From contig JAHILH010000001.1 of NCBI GenBank assembly GCA_018897195.1, forward strand, positions 412,565 to 476,564: 64,000 nt of DNA, written 5' to 3'. Positions within the stretch are counted from its first letter, which is position 1, and each line of letters opens with the position of its first letter. Of the stretch, positions 55,462 through 63,499 are shown piece by piece. The notes beneath the pieces were generated by a model that saw only the letters and a program-made list of their open reading frames with translations, was not told the origin of the DNA and ran no database searches. The position numbers were made by a program, and so were the translations under genes. This stretch comes from Patescibacteria group bacterium. Lineage in GTDB: Bacteria > Patescibacteriota > Patescibacteriia > Patescibacteriales > UBA12075.

Positions 55462-55490
55462 ACTATATCACAACTTATTAAAAATTGCAA
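55462..55490 (-). promoter_or_regulatory. promoter TTGCAA-17-TATAGT, predicted to give a leaderless leader-peptide mRNA
   Basis: Minus-strand TTGCAA at 55490-55485 and TATAGT at 55467-55462. The ATG begins 6 nt after the -10, and no SD is present. Confidence 0.5.
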
Positions 55491-55560
55491 TATTCACGTC
55501 ATTTGTAAATATTTCGTTTCTATTTTCATAATTATTTTTTCACTATAATAAAATTAGTGT

Positions 55561-56265
55561 CTACGTAAGACTTCTGATTTTCAATATTAAATTTGGATCT
55601 GGACAGACATCTAAATAAAATTCTTTTTTCGATTTTGCTGCCACCCCGGGAAAATCGCCAGACTTGCCCATTAAATCGGTAATAATTTCAAAATGAAGAT
55701 GTGATGGCCAGCCGCCATTTTCTTTATAATTTCCGATAGTTCCTACTTTATCTCCTTTGTGAAAAATTTTGCCAACAACCCAATCACTCATTGAACTTCT
55801 AGAGAGATGACCATAGAGGGTCCAGAATTTAACACCATTAATAAAATGTTCCAAGATTAAAGTCGGACCATAATCCCCAAAAGCATCATTATCCTGAAAA
55901 CTATGAACAATCGAATCAAGTGGCGTACTAATCTCCACGCCTGCCTCAACCCAGATATCAATTCCCAGATGAATAGTTCTTGACTCTTCTTTTGATTTAA
56001 AAAGATCACTCTTTCGATAAATTATTCGGTCCTCATCATATCTTCCGATTCCATATCTAGCATCCTGATTCCCGATTTCGTCTGAGATATACTGAGAAAA
56101 ACTTTCCGGATTGCCCACATCCACTTTTTCCAACTTTTCATCTTGGCAGGAAAAATCAAAAATCGTCGCACGTTTTTCGTTAAGATTAAAGGGAAAGATT
56201 TCTCCGATTTCCGAAGAAATGTCTTTCAATAATCTTTTTACCTCTAATGATTTTGATGAATGCAT
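55561..56265 (-). CDS. M23-family peptidase-like protein without signal peptide
   Basis: HLGIDIWVEAG, YGHLS and SHLHFEI motifs. Confidence 0.7.
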   Translation of the reverse strand: MHSSKSLEVKRLLKDISSEIGEIFPFNLNEKRATIFDFSCQDEKLEKVDVGNPESFSQYISDEIGNQDARYGIGRYDEDRIIYRKSDLFKSKEESRTIHLGIDIWVEAGVEISTPLDSIVHSFQDNDAFGDYGPTLILEHFINGVKFWTLYGHLSRSSMSDWVVGKIFHKGDKVGTIGNYKENGGWPSHLHFEIITDLMGKSGDFPGVAAKSKKEFYLDVCPDPNLILKIRSLT

Positions 56266-56295
56266 ATTTTTATATTAATTTGTAATTATATTTCA

Positions 56296-56628
56296 TTAAT
56301 TAACGACCCCAATCTTTATACCAAGCACGCCATGTTCATCTTCTTTTTCTTTTTTATAAAAATTATAAATATCAGCAAGTAGAACTTCCTTACTATTACT
56401 ACCAAATTCATAAACATCACGAGCATCGAATAACTGTTTAAAAGTGTCATAAGGTAATAAGCCACTTACCTTAACTTTAATTTTTTCATCAGTTTTTACA
56501 TTTGTAAATTCAATAACATCTCCAACTTGCAATAATTTTCTTTTCTCATCATTAAGTCTAACTTCAATAGTTTTATGACCATCTCTTATTAAATTGAAAG
56601 ACTCATTCTGTAATTTCATTTTGATCAT
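56296..56628 (-). CDS. ASCH-domain protein
   Basis: KTIEVRLNDEKRKLLQVGDVIEF matches the ASCH/PUA-like N-terminal pattern. Confidence 0.6.
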   Translation of the reverse strand: MIKMKLQNESFNLIRDGHKTIEVRLNDEKRKLLQVGDVIEFTNVKTDEKIKVKVSGLLPYDTFKQLFDARDVYEFGSNSKEVLLADIYNFYKKEKEDEHGVLGIKIGVVN

Positions 56629-56658
56629 AAATTTTTAGTTACAAATTATTAATCATCC

Positions 56659-57045
56659 TTATTCATTAGCATACATTTTAAATGTAAACACCATGAGTAA
56701 TGAAGAATACATGTGACCAATTCCGGCATATTTTTTTCCATCTTTTTCAAAAAATTGTCCTGACCCCATTGACTCAATATACGTATATCCTTGTTGTTCC
56801 ATGCTTTTAGTAAAGTTAGTCGGATTTTTGGACAGATAGGTGTCGTCATCAAGACGTGTGACACCAGAATTGAAGATTACTTTTGGCAATGCTAAAAAAA
56901 TACCAATATGATTTTCTGACTGTCTGAGTGCGCGCCCAAAAATCACAAAATATGACAATAACAAAATAGTTGTAATAATCAAAAAAAGGATAAATATTTT
57001 TTTTAAATCTATACTTTTCATATAAAAATTTTTTCTAACGCCCAC
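56659..57045 (-). CDS. hypothetical membrane-anchored protein
   Basis: N-terminal TM helix. No motif recognised. Confidence 0.4.
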   Translation of the reverse strand: MGVRKNFYMKSIDLKKIFILFLIITTILLLSYFVIFGRALRQSENHIGIFLALPKVIFNSGVTRLDDDTYLSKNPTNFTKSMEQQGYTYIESMGSGQFFEKDGKKYAGIGHMYSSLLMVFTFKMYANE

Positions 57046-57099
57046 TTTATTAAAACACTCAAAATGAAAATCAACTCCTATTCTCGTGTATTATATAAA

Positions 57100-57357
57100 T
57101 TATTTCAAATTTACAGCGCACTTGTTTATTTCATTCACATCCAAGTCCTCGCCACTCTTTGGAGAAAGCTTTACTGTCAGACCATTGTCCCCCTCCAGAA
57201 TTTCCATTTTTTCCAACTTATCATACTCTTTGCTCTTGCAATTGCATTTTCCAGACTGGCATTTGCCAAGTGATTTCATAACCCTCGCCTTAGCGTCACC
57301 CAAGTTTTTGATATTTATTTCTACTATGTCCCTGTTCTTAGTTGCTTTGATATCCAT
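57100..57357 (-). CDS. hypothetical 85-aa protein
   Basis: ORF containing a KCQSGKCNCK cluster. Function unknown. Confidence 0.35.
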   Translation of the reverse strand: MDIKATKNRDIVEINIKNLGDAKARVMKSLGKCQSGKCNCKSKEYDKLEKMEILEGDNGLTVKLSPKSGEDLDVNEINKCAVNLK

Positions 57358-57430
57358 ATAATTTTATAAATTATTAATTATTTAAATTTCAAAAATTAAC
57401 CCTGAATTAATTACCAATTTATTCAAAAAC

Positions 57431-58087
57431 CTAATTAATTTCAAACCACTCCCCCTCGCCAATCACCTCGACTTTGCCGTCCACAACTTTCAAGGCAGAA
57501 TTATCGTCCATAACATAAATTTTTTCCGTCATATCCTTGACAGCCTTTCTCACAAAATCTTCGCGCAAATTAATAAAGTATTCTGAATTCAAATGTGGCA
57601 AGAAATAGAAATCAACAAAATTTAATCCCTGCATTTCATAATCTTTGTCCAAATCTTCGCCATAAACTATTTGTGAAATTTTTAGCAACAAATCTTTATT
57701 AGTAACCATGCTGCCCGCACTAACCCCGACATAAACTTTTTCTTTGAGCAGTCCTGGTAATACTTCAGCGAGTCCCGACTTATCCAGCCACTCCATGAGA
57801 TAATAAGTGTTTCCACCCTCAAAAAACAAAACATCCGCCTGTTCCAAGCTGGGTCTCCAGATGTTTTCATCTACCGCTGAAATATCGGTTATTTCAATCG
57901 ATTTAAAATTTAGATTATTCAAGCTAAGCAAATCATCGATGAGCCAACCCTTATCACCAGTTTCAACGTTTGACGCTGTTGGAATATAAACCAAAGTTGT
58001 ATCCTCTGGCTTTTTTCCGGTTAAACTAAATAAAGCGTTAGCTATTGATTGATTAGTAATACCTGCTGAGGTTAAAAGTAGTTTCAT
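57431..58087 (-). CDS. peptidase E-like (S51 family) protein
   Basis: MKLLLTSAGI start, the FFEGGNTYYL motif and the nucleophile motif VGVSAGSM. Confidence 0.7.
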   Translation of the reverse strand: MKLLLTSAGITNQSIANALFSLTGKKPEDTTLVYIPTASNVETGDKGWLIDDLLSLNNLNFKSIEITDISAVDENIWRPSLEQADVLFFEGGNTYYLMEWLDKSGLAEVLPGLLKEKVYVGVSAGSMVTNKDLLLKISQIVYGEDLDKDYEMQGLNFVDFYFLPHLNSEYFINLREDFVRKAVKDMTEKIYVMDDNSALKVVDGKVEVIGEGEWFEIN

Positions 58088-58112
58088 ATAATGTTAAATT
58101 TGCACAAATTTT

Positions 58113-58472
58113 TTAAAAATCTTTTCTTTCTCCCACTTTATCAAAACACTCAAAATGAACATCCTTATCATTAAAAACTTCCATAACTTTATACTTACCC
58201 TTAGTCCACATCTCACCGCCTTGAGCAAAATGCGTCGCTTCCAGCATGAGAATGCTTGCTCGCGGACGAGACAAAACTTCATTCCCGCGAGTTTCAATTA
58301 AAGGAATCTCACCGAAAAACCAATAATTTCTTTGATCTCTTTTCAAAAATTCATAAACCTCGCCTTCTCTCATATTTTCAGGAAGACACTCCTCAATTTT
58401 TCGATTGCCTTTTTTGTATTCCTCAATACTCCGCAAGGCAAGGTCTGGATTGTATTCAACTTTTATTCCCAT
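58113..58472 (-). CDS. hypothetical 119-aa protein
   Basis: ORF in the co-directional array. No motif recognised. Confidence 0.4.
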   Translation of the reverse strand: MGIKVEYNPDLALRSIEEYKKGNRKIEECLPENMREGEVYEFLKRDQRNYWFFGEIPLIETRGNEVLSRPRASILMLEATHFAQGGEMWTKGKYKVMEVFNDKDVHFECFDKVGERKDF

Positions 58473-58499
58473 ATGGTTTGTAAATTATTGCAAATTTAA

Positions 58500-59054
58500 T
58501 TATTTTAATATGAAATTCAATTTTTCAAAACCAGACTTGTCTAAATATTCACTTACATAAAATTCTTCATCCCTAATATCAAAGGCTTCTTTCGTCTTTG
58601 GATTAATCCAAAAATAATAGCTATATCTTTTGCCATGAATCTTTTTATGTTGCGTAGTTAGCTCTTGAAGTTTTTTTGTAGGAATAACAATCGAATGAGG
58701 ACTCAATGTTCTTCTCCCGATTTGAACGTCTTCTTCTATGACATAAATTAAAAAAATGAAAAATTCAGCCGTTGCACCAAATATTGTTTTTCCCTCAAGA
58801 TAAAACCAGCCCACATTTCCATGTCCATGCCTACGAAGCTCATTCTTTTTTGGCTCAAAGGCCTTGCTACCCTTAACCTGGATCGTTACTGCGCTCTTGG
58901 TGTCCACATTCATTAAAACCAAATCAACACCTTTCATTTGTGCATTCATTGGCATTAAGACTTCAATATTCTTATTGGTTTCGTTTCGTAATATTCCAGA
59001 AACGACAGCCTCATCCGTATTCAAAGACCAAAAATTTTTATAAGAGACTCCCAT
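58500..59054 (-). CDS. hypothetical protein with a PD-(D/E)xK nuclease-like motif arrangement
   Basis: E15, then GVDLVLMN, then IQVKGSK, followed by the hydrophobic strand FFIFLIYV. Tentative. Confidence 0.4.
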   Translation of the reverse strand: MGVSYKNFWSLNTDEAVVSGILRNETNKNIEVLMPMNAQMKGVDLVLMNVDTKSAVTIQVKGSKAFEPKKNELRRHGHGNVGWFYLEGKTIFGATAEFFIFLIYVIEEDVQIGRRTLSPHSIVIPTKKLQELTTQHKKIHGKRYSYYFWINPKTKEAFDIRDEEFYVSEYLDKSGFEKLNFILK

Positions 59055-59073
59055 ATTTTTTATAATTTATGAT

Positions 59074-59922
59074 TTATTCTTTTGACAATATTAAACGCAT
59101 CAATAGTCCAGTAAGATACATAAAAGCTTCAGCCTCTTTATTTGAAAAATTAGATCCAGAATGTCTACTGCTATATTCGTGAGCAATTTGCTTGTAATTA
59201 TATATTATTTGTTTATATTCTTTAGAAAGCCCAATTTCATCCACCAAATCATTTGAGTTTTTTTCAAAAGTTTTATTATTTTTCAAAATCAGCCTGGTCA
59301 AACCCTCTATTGAAGAATACGCATTAGTAATGGCATCTTTACGAGATGCTAAATTCCCCAAGGAGTCCTTAAAATGATTAAGTGCTACATTATACTGAAT
59401 CTTAATAGCTGGATATTTATCTAACCATAATAAATTATCCAATATTAAGGCGTCATCAAGCTCTTTAGCCCCTGCTCTGTAGAAATTTCCATCTTTCCAA
59501 AATATACCAATCTCCGAACTTGAATTTAAAAAAACATCTTCGATTCTTCTATTAAAGTTGCGGGTATTGACGACTCTTGAATTATCGAATATATATCTCC
59601 TATCCATTTCTCGAAGCCTACCGGTATCTATAAATTCATGACAATACTCTACCAACAACAAAGTCTTGATAAAATCATTGCCCGCAACAATTTTCAATGA
59701 CATGTCGACATATTGACCTTCGTGGTTTTGGTGAAATTTTTCATTCCAAGCTTTGCCAGATTTCAGACTTATCCATAGAACGAAATCGCTATGCCAGTAA
59801 AAGCCATCATCGCTCTCAAGCCAACTAAAAAGATGTGAATTAACCCTATTCACAAATTGATTTTTCAACTCTTCTAAATTATCATCGGAAATTCCAAATC
59901 TTGAATTAAAATCTTTGCTCAT
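59074..59922 (-). CDS. hypothetical protein, AbiJ-like (tentative)
   Basis: The N-terminal FNSRFGIS...LEELKNQFVNRV resembles the FSxRxG start of AbiJ N-terminal domains. Helical C-terminus with SRH. The 282-aa length matches my recollection of AbiJ at roughly 280 aa, which I could not check. Confidence 0.3.
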   Translation of the reverse strand: MSKDFNSRFGISDDNLEELKNQFVNRVNSHLFSWLESDDGFYWHSDFVLWISLKSGKAWNEKFHQNHEGQYVDMSLKIVAGNDFIKTLLLVEYCHEFIDTGRLREMDRRYIFDNSRVVNTRNFNRRIEDVFLNSSSEIGIFWKDGNFYRAGAKELDDALILDNLLWLDKYPAIKIQYNVALNHFKDSLGNLASRKDAITNAYSSIEGLTRLILKNNKTFEKNSNDLVDEIGLSKEYKQIIYNYKQIAHEYSSRHSGSNFSNKEAEAFMYLTGLLMRLILSKE

Positions 59923-60216
59923 TTAATTATTAATTTTAACACCAAATAAATCATTCTTTATATTTAAATAAGTCATCCTTTGTTCCGTCAGAGTCTCTCT
60001 ATGAGCACTTAACGAATTTTTTTATACCCCAACACTTCGTGTCAAATATCACCTCACTAGAGTAATTATCCAGGAGACTTTAATGGACAATAAGGGCTTA
60101 TATATATCAATATTTATCACTGAAATTAGCAGCCCACCGCTATTCACACGTTAATAATAAATTTTGAATAAATCACAACATCATATGTATTAATTTTATC
60201 CAATCAGCATTACGCG

Positions 60217-61332
60217 TTACCTCGCCTTCATGTCATTAATAGCTTCTAATAATTTTATCGTAACATCACCATCTAAATTATCTCCATCATATCTAACTTG
60301 ATATAGACCTTGTAGATTTGAAGGGAGTTCAATGCCATTTTTTACTAACAATACAAATCTTCTGTTATACAAAGCCATCGCAGCCCCAATTTCTATCAAT
60401 ACATTGGAATTTATTACTACTCTTTCGTTGGCATTTTCGTCAATTAATTTTTCCTCGGCATCAACGTGAATAATTGCTGCTCCGCATTTTCTCATTCCCT
60501 CCAAAACCTTATCTGGTACAGGAACAGAAACTGTTTGTTCTTCAATTGCTACCACAGCTTCAAGTTCCCCAAATTTTAATAATTTTTTAATTGATTCTAT
60601 AAATGCTTTGTTTCTGCCGTGTGTTATAAATACGCGTCTTTTCTTACTATCATCTTTGTTTGCATTTCCCATATTTCCGTCATTAATATCGTCAAATCTG
60701 TCGTCGCCACCATTGTCATTTTCAACAATATTAAGACTTTCCCCACTTCCATTCACAATACTATCCTCCTCAATATGTGCTTGTCTAGTCGGCGCCACGT
60801 CCAAAGATACGTAACTCTTTCCTTTTATATTTTCAATAAAATTAACAGATTGTGAAGTTTCAATAATTATTTGATAAACTTGTTTTGCCTTTTTGTTCGG
60901 AATGCCCATTTCCTCTAATACATTATAAGCAATATTCTCAGTTGGCAAGGCATGATTATTGTATTTGTTAAGAAATTTATTGATAACGCTTGGCATTAGA
61001 GCAGCCTCTCTTTTTGCAATCAAATCTCCTCCTTCAACAATAGGTTTTATTACCCGTCTACCTAAATCAGTAACACTTATTACGGACGCATTATAACCCC
61101 CCACGGTTAGGCCATAAGCTATTGATGCGCCACACATCATCCTAAAAGGACCAGATGAAAGTGATACATTCATTGCTTTAGCCACAAGAAGAGGTTTTGT
61201 TGGCTGTCCTCCGTAATTATCAATAATCGCCCGCGAAATACGAAGAGCATTTTCAATATTATAGCTTGGCACATCAGACTGACTCACATAGCCTTTTTTA
61301 AAATTTACTGTTTCTGATTCATTCTTTTTCAT
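60217..61332 (-). CDS. two-domain protein: unknown N-terminal domain plus C-terminal TIR-like nucleotide-binding domain (Cap12/PycTIR type)
   Basis: The C-terminal 140 aa (RRVFITHGRN, AAIIHVDAEE, NSNVLIEIGAAMALYNRRFVLLVKNGIELPSNLQGLYQVRYD) parallels the VFIVHG / tpDD / RQNVxfElG / ElPSDlxGv pattern. The ATG at 61332 is preferred over 61371. Confidence 0.6.
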   Translation of the reverse strand: MKKNESETVNFKKGYVSQSDVPSYNIENALRISRAIIDNYGGQPTKPLLVAKAMNVSLSSGPFRMMCGASIAYGLTVGGYNASVISVTDLGRRVIKPIVEGGDLIAKREAALMPSVINKFLNKYNNHALPTENIAYNVLEEMGIPNKKAKQVYQIIIETSQSVNFIENIKGKSYVSLDVAPTRQAHIEEDSIVNGSGESLNIVENDNGGDDRFDDINDGNMGNANKDDSKKRRVFITHGRNKAFIESIKKLLKFGELEAVVAIEEQTVSVPVPDKVLEGMRKCGAAIIHVDAEEKLIDENANERVVINSNVLIEIGAAMALYNRRFVLLVKNGIELPSNLQGLYQVRYDGDNLDGDVTIKLLEAINDMKAR

Positions 61333-61733
61333 ATTATTTTTATTATTAAATAAGATAATTCTATTATACATGATAAAATGTGTTTGTCAACTATTTATAT
61401 TTAATTTAATATAAGCCAATAAATTATATTATTAAAAATATAAACACATTTCCAGACATTTTTATAATAAACAATAAACTATATTTATTTAATATTAGCA
61501 GAGGCATTCAGATTATTATCCCGAAATGTCTAAATAGCAGACAATATCAAAATGTCATCTATTAATCCAATAATTATATAACTTACCCAAAATGCATCTA
61601 GAATTATAACAAATTGCGTAATAACACAAATAGGTTTAGATAAAAATGCTCTTCTGCCACCTACTCTCATCACAATCATGTGGGCAAATAAAAATTCTGA
61701 CCATTAAAAATAATTATGATCAACAAAAAATAC

Positions 61734-61764
61734 AAAAAAACCAAGGGTATAAACCTTGGTTTTT
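61734..61764. terminator. bidirectional terminator 3' of tRNA-Trp
   Basis: Hairpin ccaagg/ccttgg between A7 and T5. Confidence 0.6.
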
Positions 61765-61848
61765 GAAAAAGTAATTATCTACACAAAATATCTAGTAAAA
61801 CACCAATATCCAACTATGTAGAAATTCTAAGCACTAAAAACTATTATG

Positions 61849-61919
61849 CACGGGTGGTAAGAATCGAACTCACGCTAGAGGTTTTGGAGACCCCTGTACT
61901 ACCATTATACTACACCCGC
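61849..61919 (-). tRNA. tRNA-Trp (anticodon CCA)
   Basis: Minus strand reads GCGGGTG TA GTATAATGGTAGTAC A GGGGT CTCCAAA ACCTC TAGC GTGAGTTCGATTCTTAC CACCCGT G. The anticodon loop is CT-CCA-AA. Confidence 0.85.
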
Positions 61920-62025
61920 CTGCGCTGAAGCTACGGCGTGGCGAGGCCCGCTTATCTAACAAGATATAACTTGGCATTGCCCACTATATTTCAGTTTATT
62001 TATTTGTCTTTCCTCCATTATAAAA

Positions 62026-62060
62026 CAAAAAGTTCATAAAGACAAATTATGAACTTTTTT
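62026..62060 (-). terminator. terminator after rpmG
   Basis: Hairpin agttcataa/ttatgaact followed by a T-run on the minus strand. Confidence 0.6.
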
Positions 62061-62073
62061 AAAACTTTGTGTA

Positions 62074-62229
62074 TTACTTAGTTTCTTTGTGTGGTGTATG
62101 CTTTTTGCAATATTTGCAATATTTGCTAAGATTCAATCTCTCTTTCAAGGTTTTCTTGTTCTTTCTTGAGAAATAGTTAACTGTTTTGCATTCAGTACAC
62201 TCAAATTTAATCATGTTGTCTTGTGACAT
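62074..62229 (-). CDS. rpmG: 50S ribosomal protein L33 (below the ORF-track cutoff)
   Basis: [51 protein letters not shown] shows the CxxC...CxxC and KHTxHKExK pattern of L33. Confidence 0.9.
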   Translation of the reverse strand: MSQDNMIKFECTECKTVNYFSRKNKKTLKERLNLSKYCKYCKKHTPHKETK

Positions 62230-62391
62230 ATGCCCGCTTTAATAACAATAAACAGACGTCGACGCCTGTCTAAGGTATGTAAAATAATATTAATTTCTGT
62301 ATATATAATATTACAAAACTGTAATAAAGTCAACTATTGTGGCAACTGGTGTCTTTGTGGATATTTTTTACCTAATATTAAGCAAAATTAT

Positions 62392-63489
62392 CTATTCCAA
62401 TCTCAATTCCGATTCTAGGTCTTTTGGCTCTGGAAAAAGCAAAACGTCTTCTGGATAAAATAGTAAAAAAACCTGATCACCCACCTTAAAGCTCTCCTTG
62501 ATCTTTTCCTCCTTAATTCGCTTGTAGGAGCGGAAAATAACCCCATCACCGATATTGACCTTATATTCATACATTGTCCCCAAAAAATCAATATCTTCGA
62601 TTTTTCCACTCAACATATTGTTGGTGCCATTGGTGCGTAAATGAATCTTTTCCGGACGCACACCGAGGACTAATTTCTTATTCTTGGGTGTCTTTGCTAC
62701 CTCGATATACTTCTCATCAAAAACAACCTCAGTACTGGAAAATCTTTCTACCTTCAAAAAATTACATTTACCGATGAAGTTAGCTGCAAAAATTGAATTG
62801 GGATGATTGTAAAGCTCTTCCGGACTACCCATTTGGATTATCTTACCCTTCTTCATCAAGATAATGTCATCAGACATCGTCATTGCCTCTATTTGGTTGT
62901 GGGTAACGTGAATAGCGGTGATTTTATTTTCGCGAGCGATTCTTTCTAATTCATGACGCAAGAAAGTTCCAATCTTGGCATCAAGAGCTGACAATGGTTC
63001 ATCTAGTAATAAAAGTCCAGAGCTAGACGCTAGGGCCCTTGCTAAGCCTAAGCGCTGACGCATACCACCGGATAACTCACTAGGCATCGCCTCTGAACGA
63101 TGCGCCAAGCCAACGCGTTCTAGATTTTCCTTCACGATTTTATCAATCTCCTCTTGGGGTAGACCTTTGACTGTTGGACCATAGGCTACATTATGCCAAA
63201 CATCCATGTGCGGGAAAACAGCGAAGTGTTGAAAGACAAAACCGATATTACGAGCTTGTGTCGATAACTCGGACACATTCTTGTTATCAAAATATAACTT
63301 CCCGCTCGTCGGCACCTCTAAGCCGGCAATAATGCGCAAAAGAGTTGTCTTGCCACAACCGGATGGACCAAGCAAGGTGGTATATTTTTCATTTCTAATT
63401 TCCAAATCAACATGATCCAAAGCAAAGACTTCCCCACCCTTGGCACCTTTGAATTTTTTTACTAAATTTTTTACGGTAATTTTTGGCAT
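62392..63489 (-). CDS. ABC importer ATP-binding protein (PotA/CysA/FbpC-like, with a C-terminal regulatory domain)
   Basis: GPSGCGKTT, LSGGMRQR and LLLDEP motifs, plus a C-terminal OB-like domain. Confidence 0.85.
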   Translation of the reverse strand: MPKITVKNLVKKFKGAKGGEVFALDHVDLEIRNEKYTTLLGPSGCGKTTLLRIIAGLEVPTSGKLYFDNKNVSELSTQARNIGFVFQHFAVFPHMDVWHNVAYGPTVKGLPQEEIDKIVKENLERVGLAHRSEAMPSELSGGMRQRLGLARALASSSGLLLLDEPLSALDAKIGTFLRHELERIARENKITAIHVTHNQIEAMTMSDDIILMKKGKIIQMGSPEELYNHPNSIFAANFIGKCNFLKVERFSSTEVVFDEKYIEVAKTPKNKKLVLGVRPEKIHLRTNGTNNMLSGKIEDIDFLGTMYEYKVNIGDGVIFRSYKRIKEEKIKESFKVGDQVFLLFYPEDVLLFPEPKDLESELRLE

Positions 63490-63499
63490 ATTTTTATTA

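Noticed and set aside
59923-60216. The 294-bp gap between the TIR-like gene and the AbiJ-like gene as a possible ncRNA or toxin-antitoxin RNA.
   Set aside because: No convincing hairpins, repeats or small ORFs were found by eye. A TTGACA is present, but it has a poor -10 and poor spacing. The evidence is insufficient to call anything.
61849-61919. A functional link between tRNA-Trp and the trpB attenuator 6.4 kb away.
   Set aside because: Co-location is most simply explained by the conserved rpmG-tRNA-Trp neighbourhood. The two loci share no regulatory sequence.
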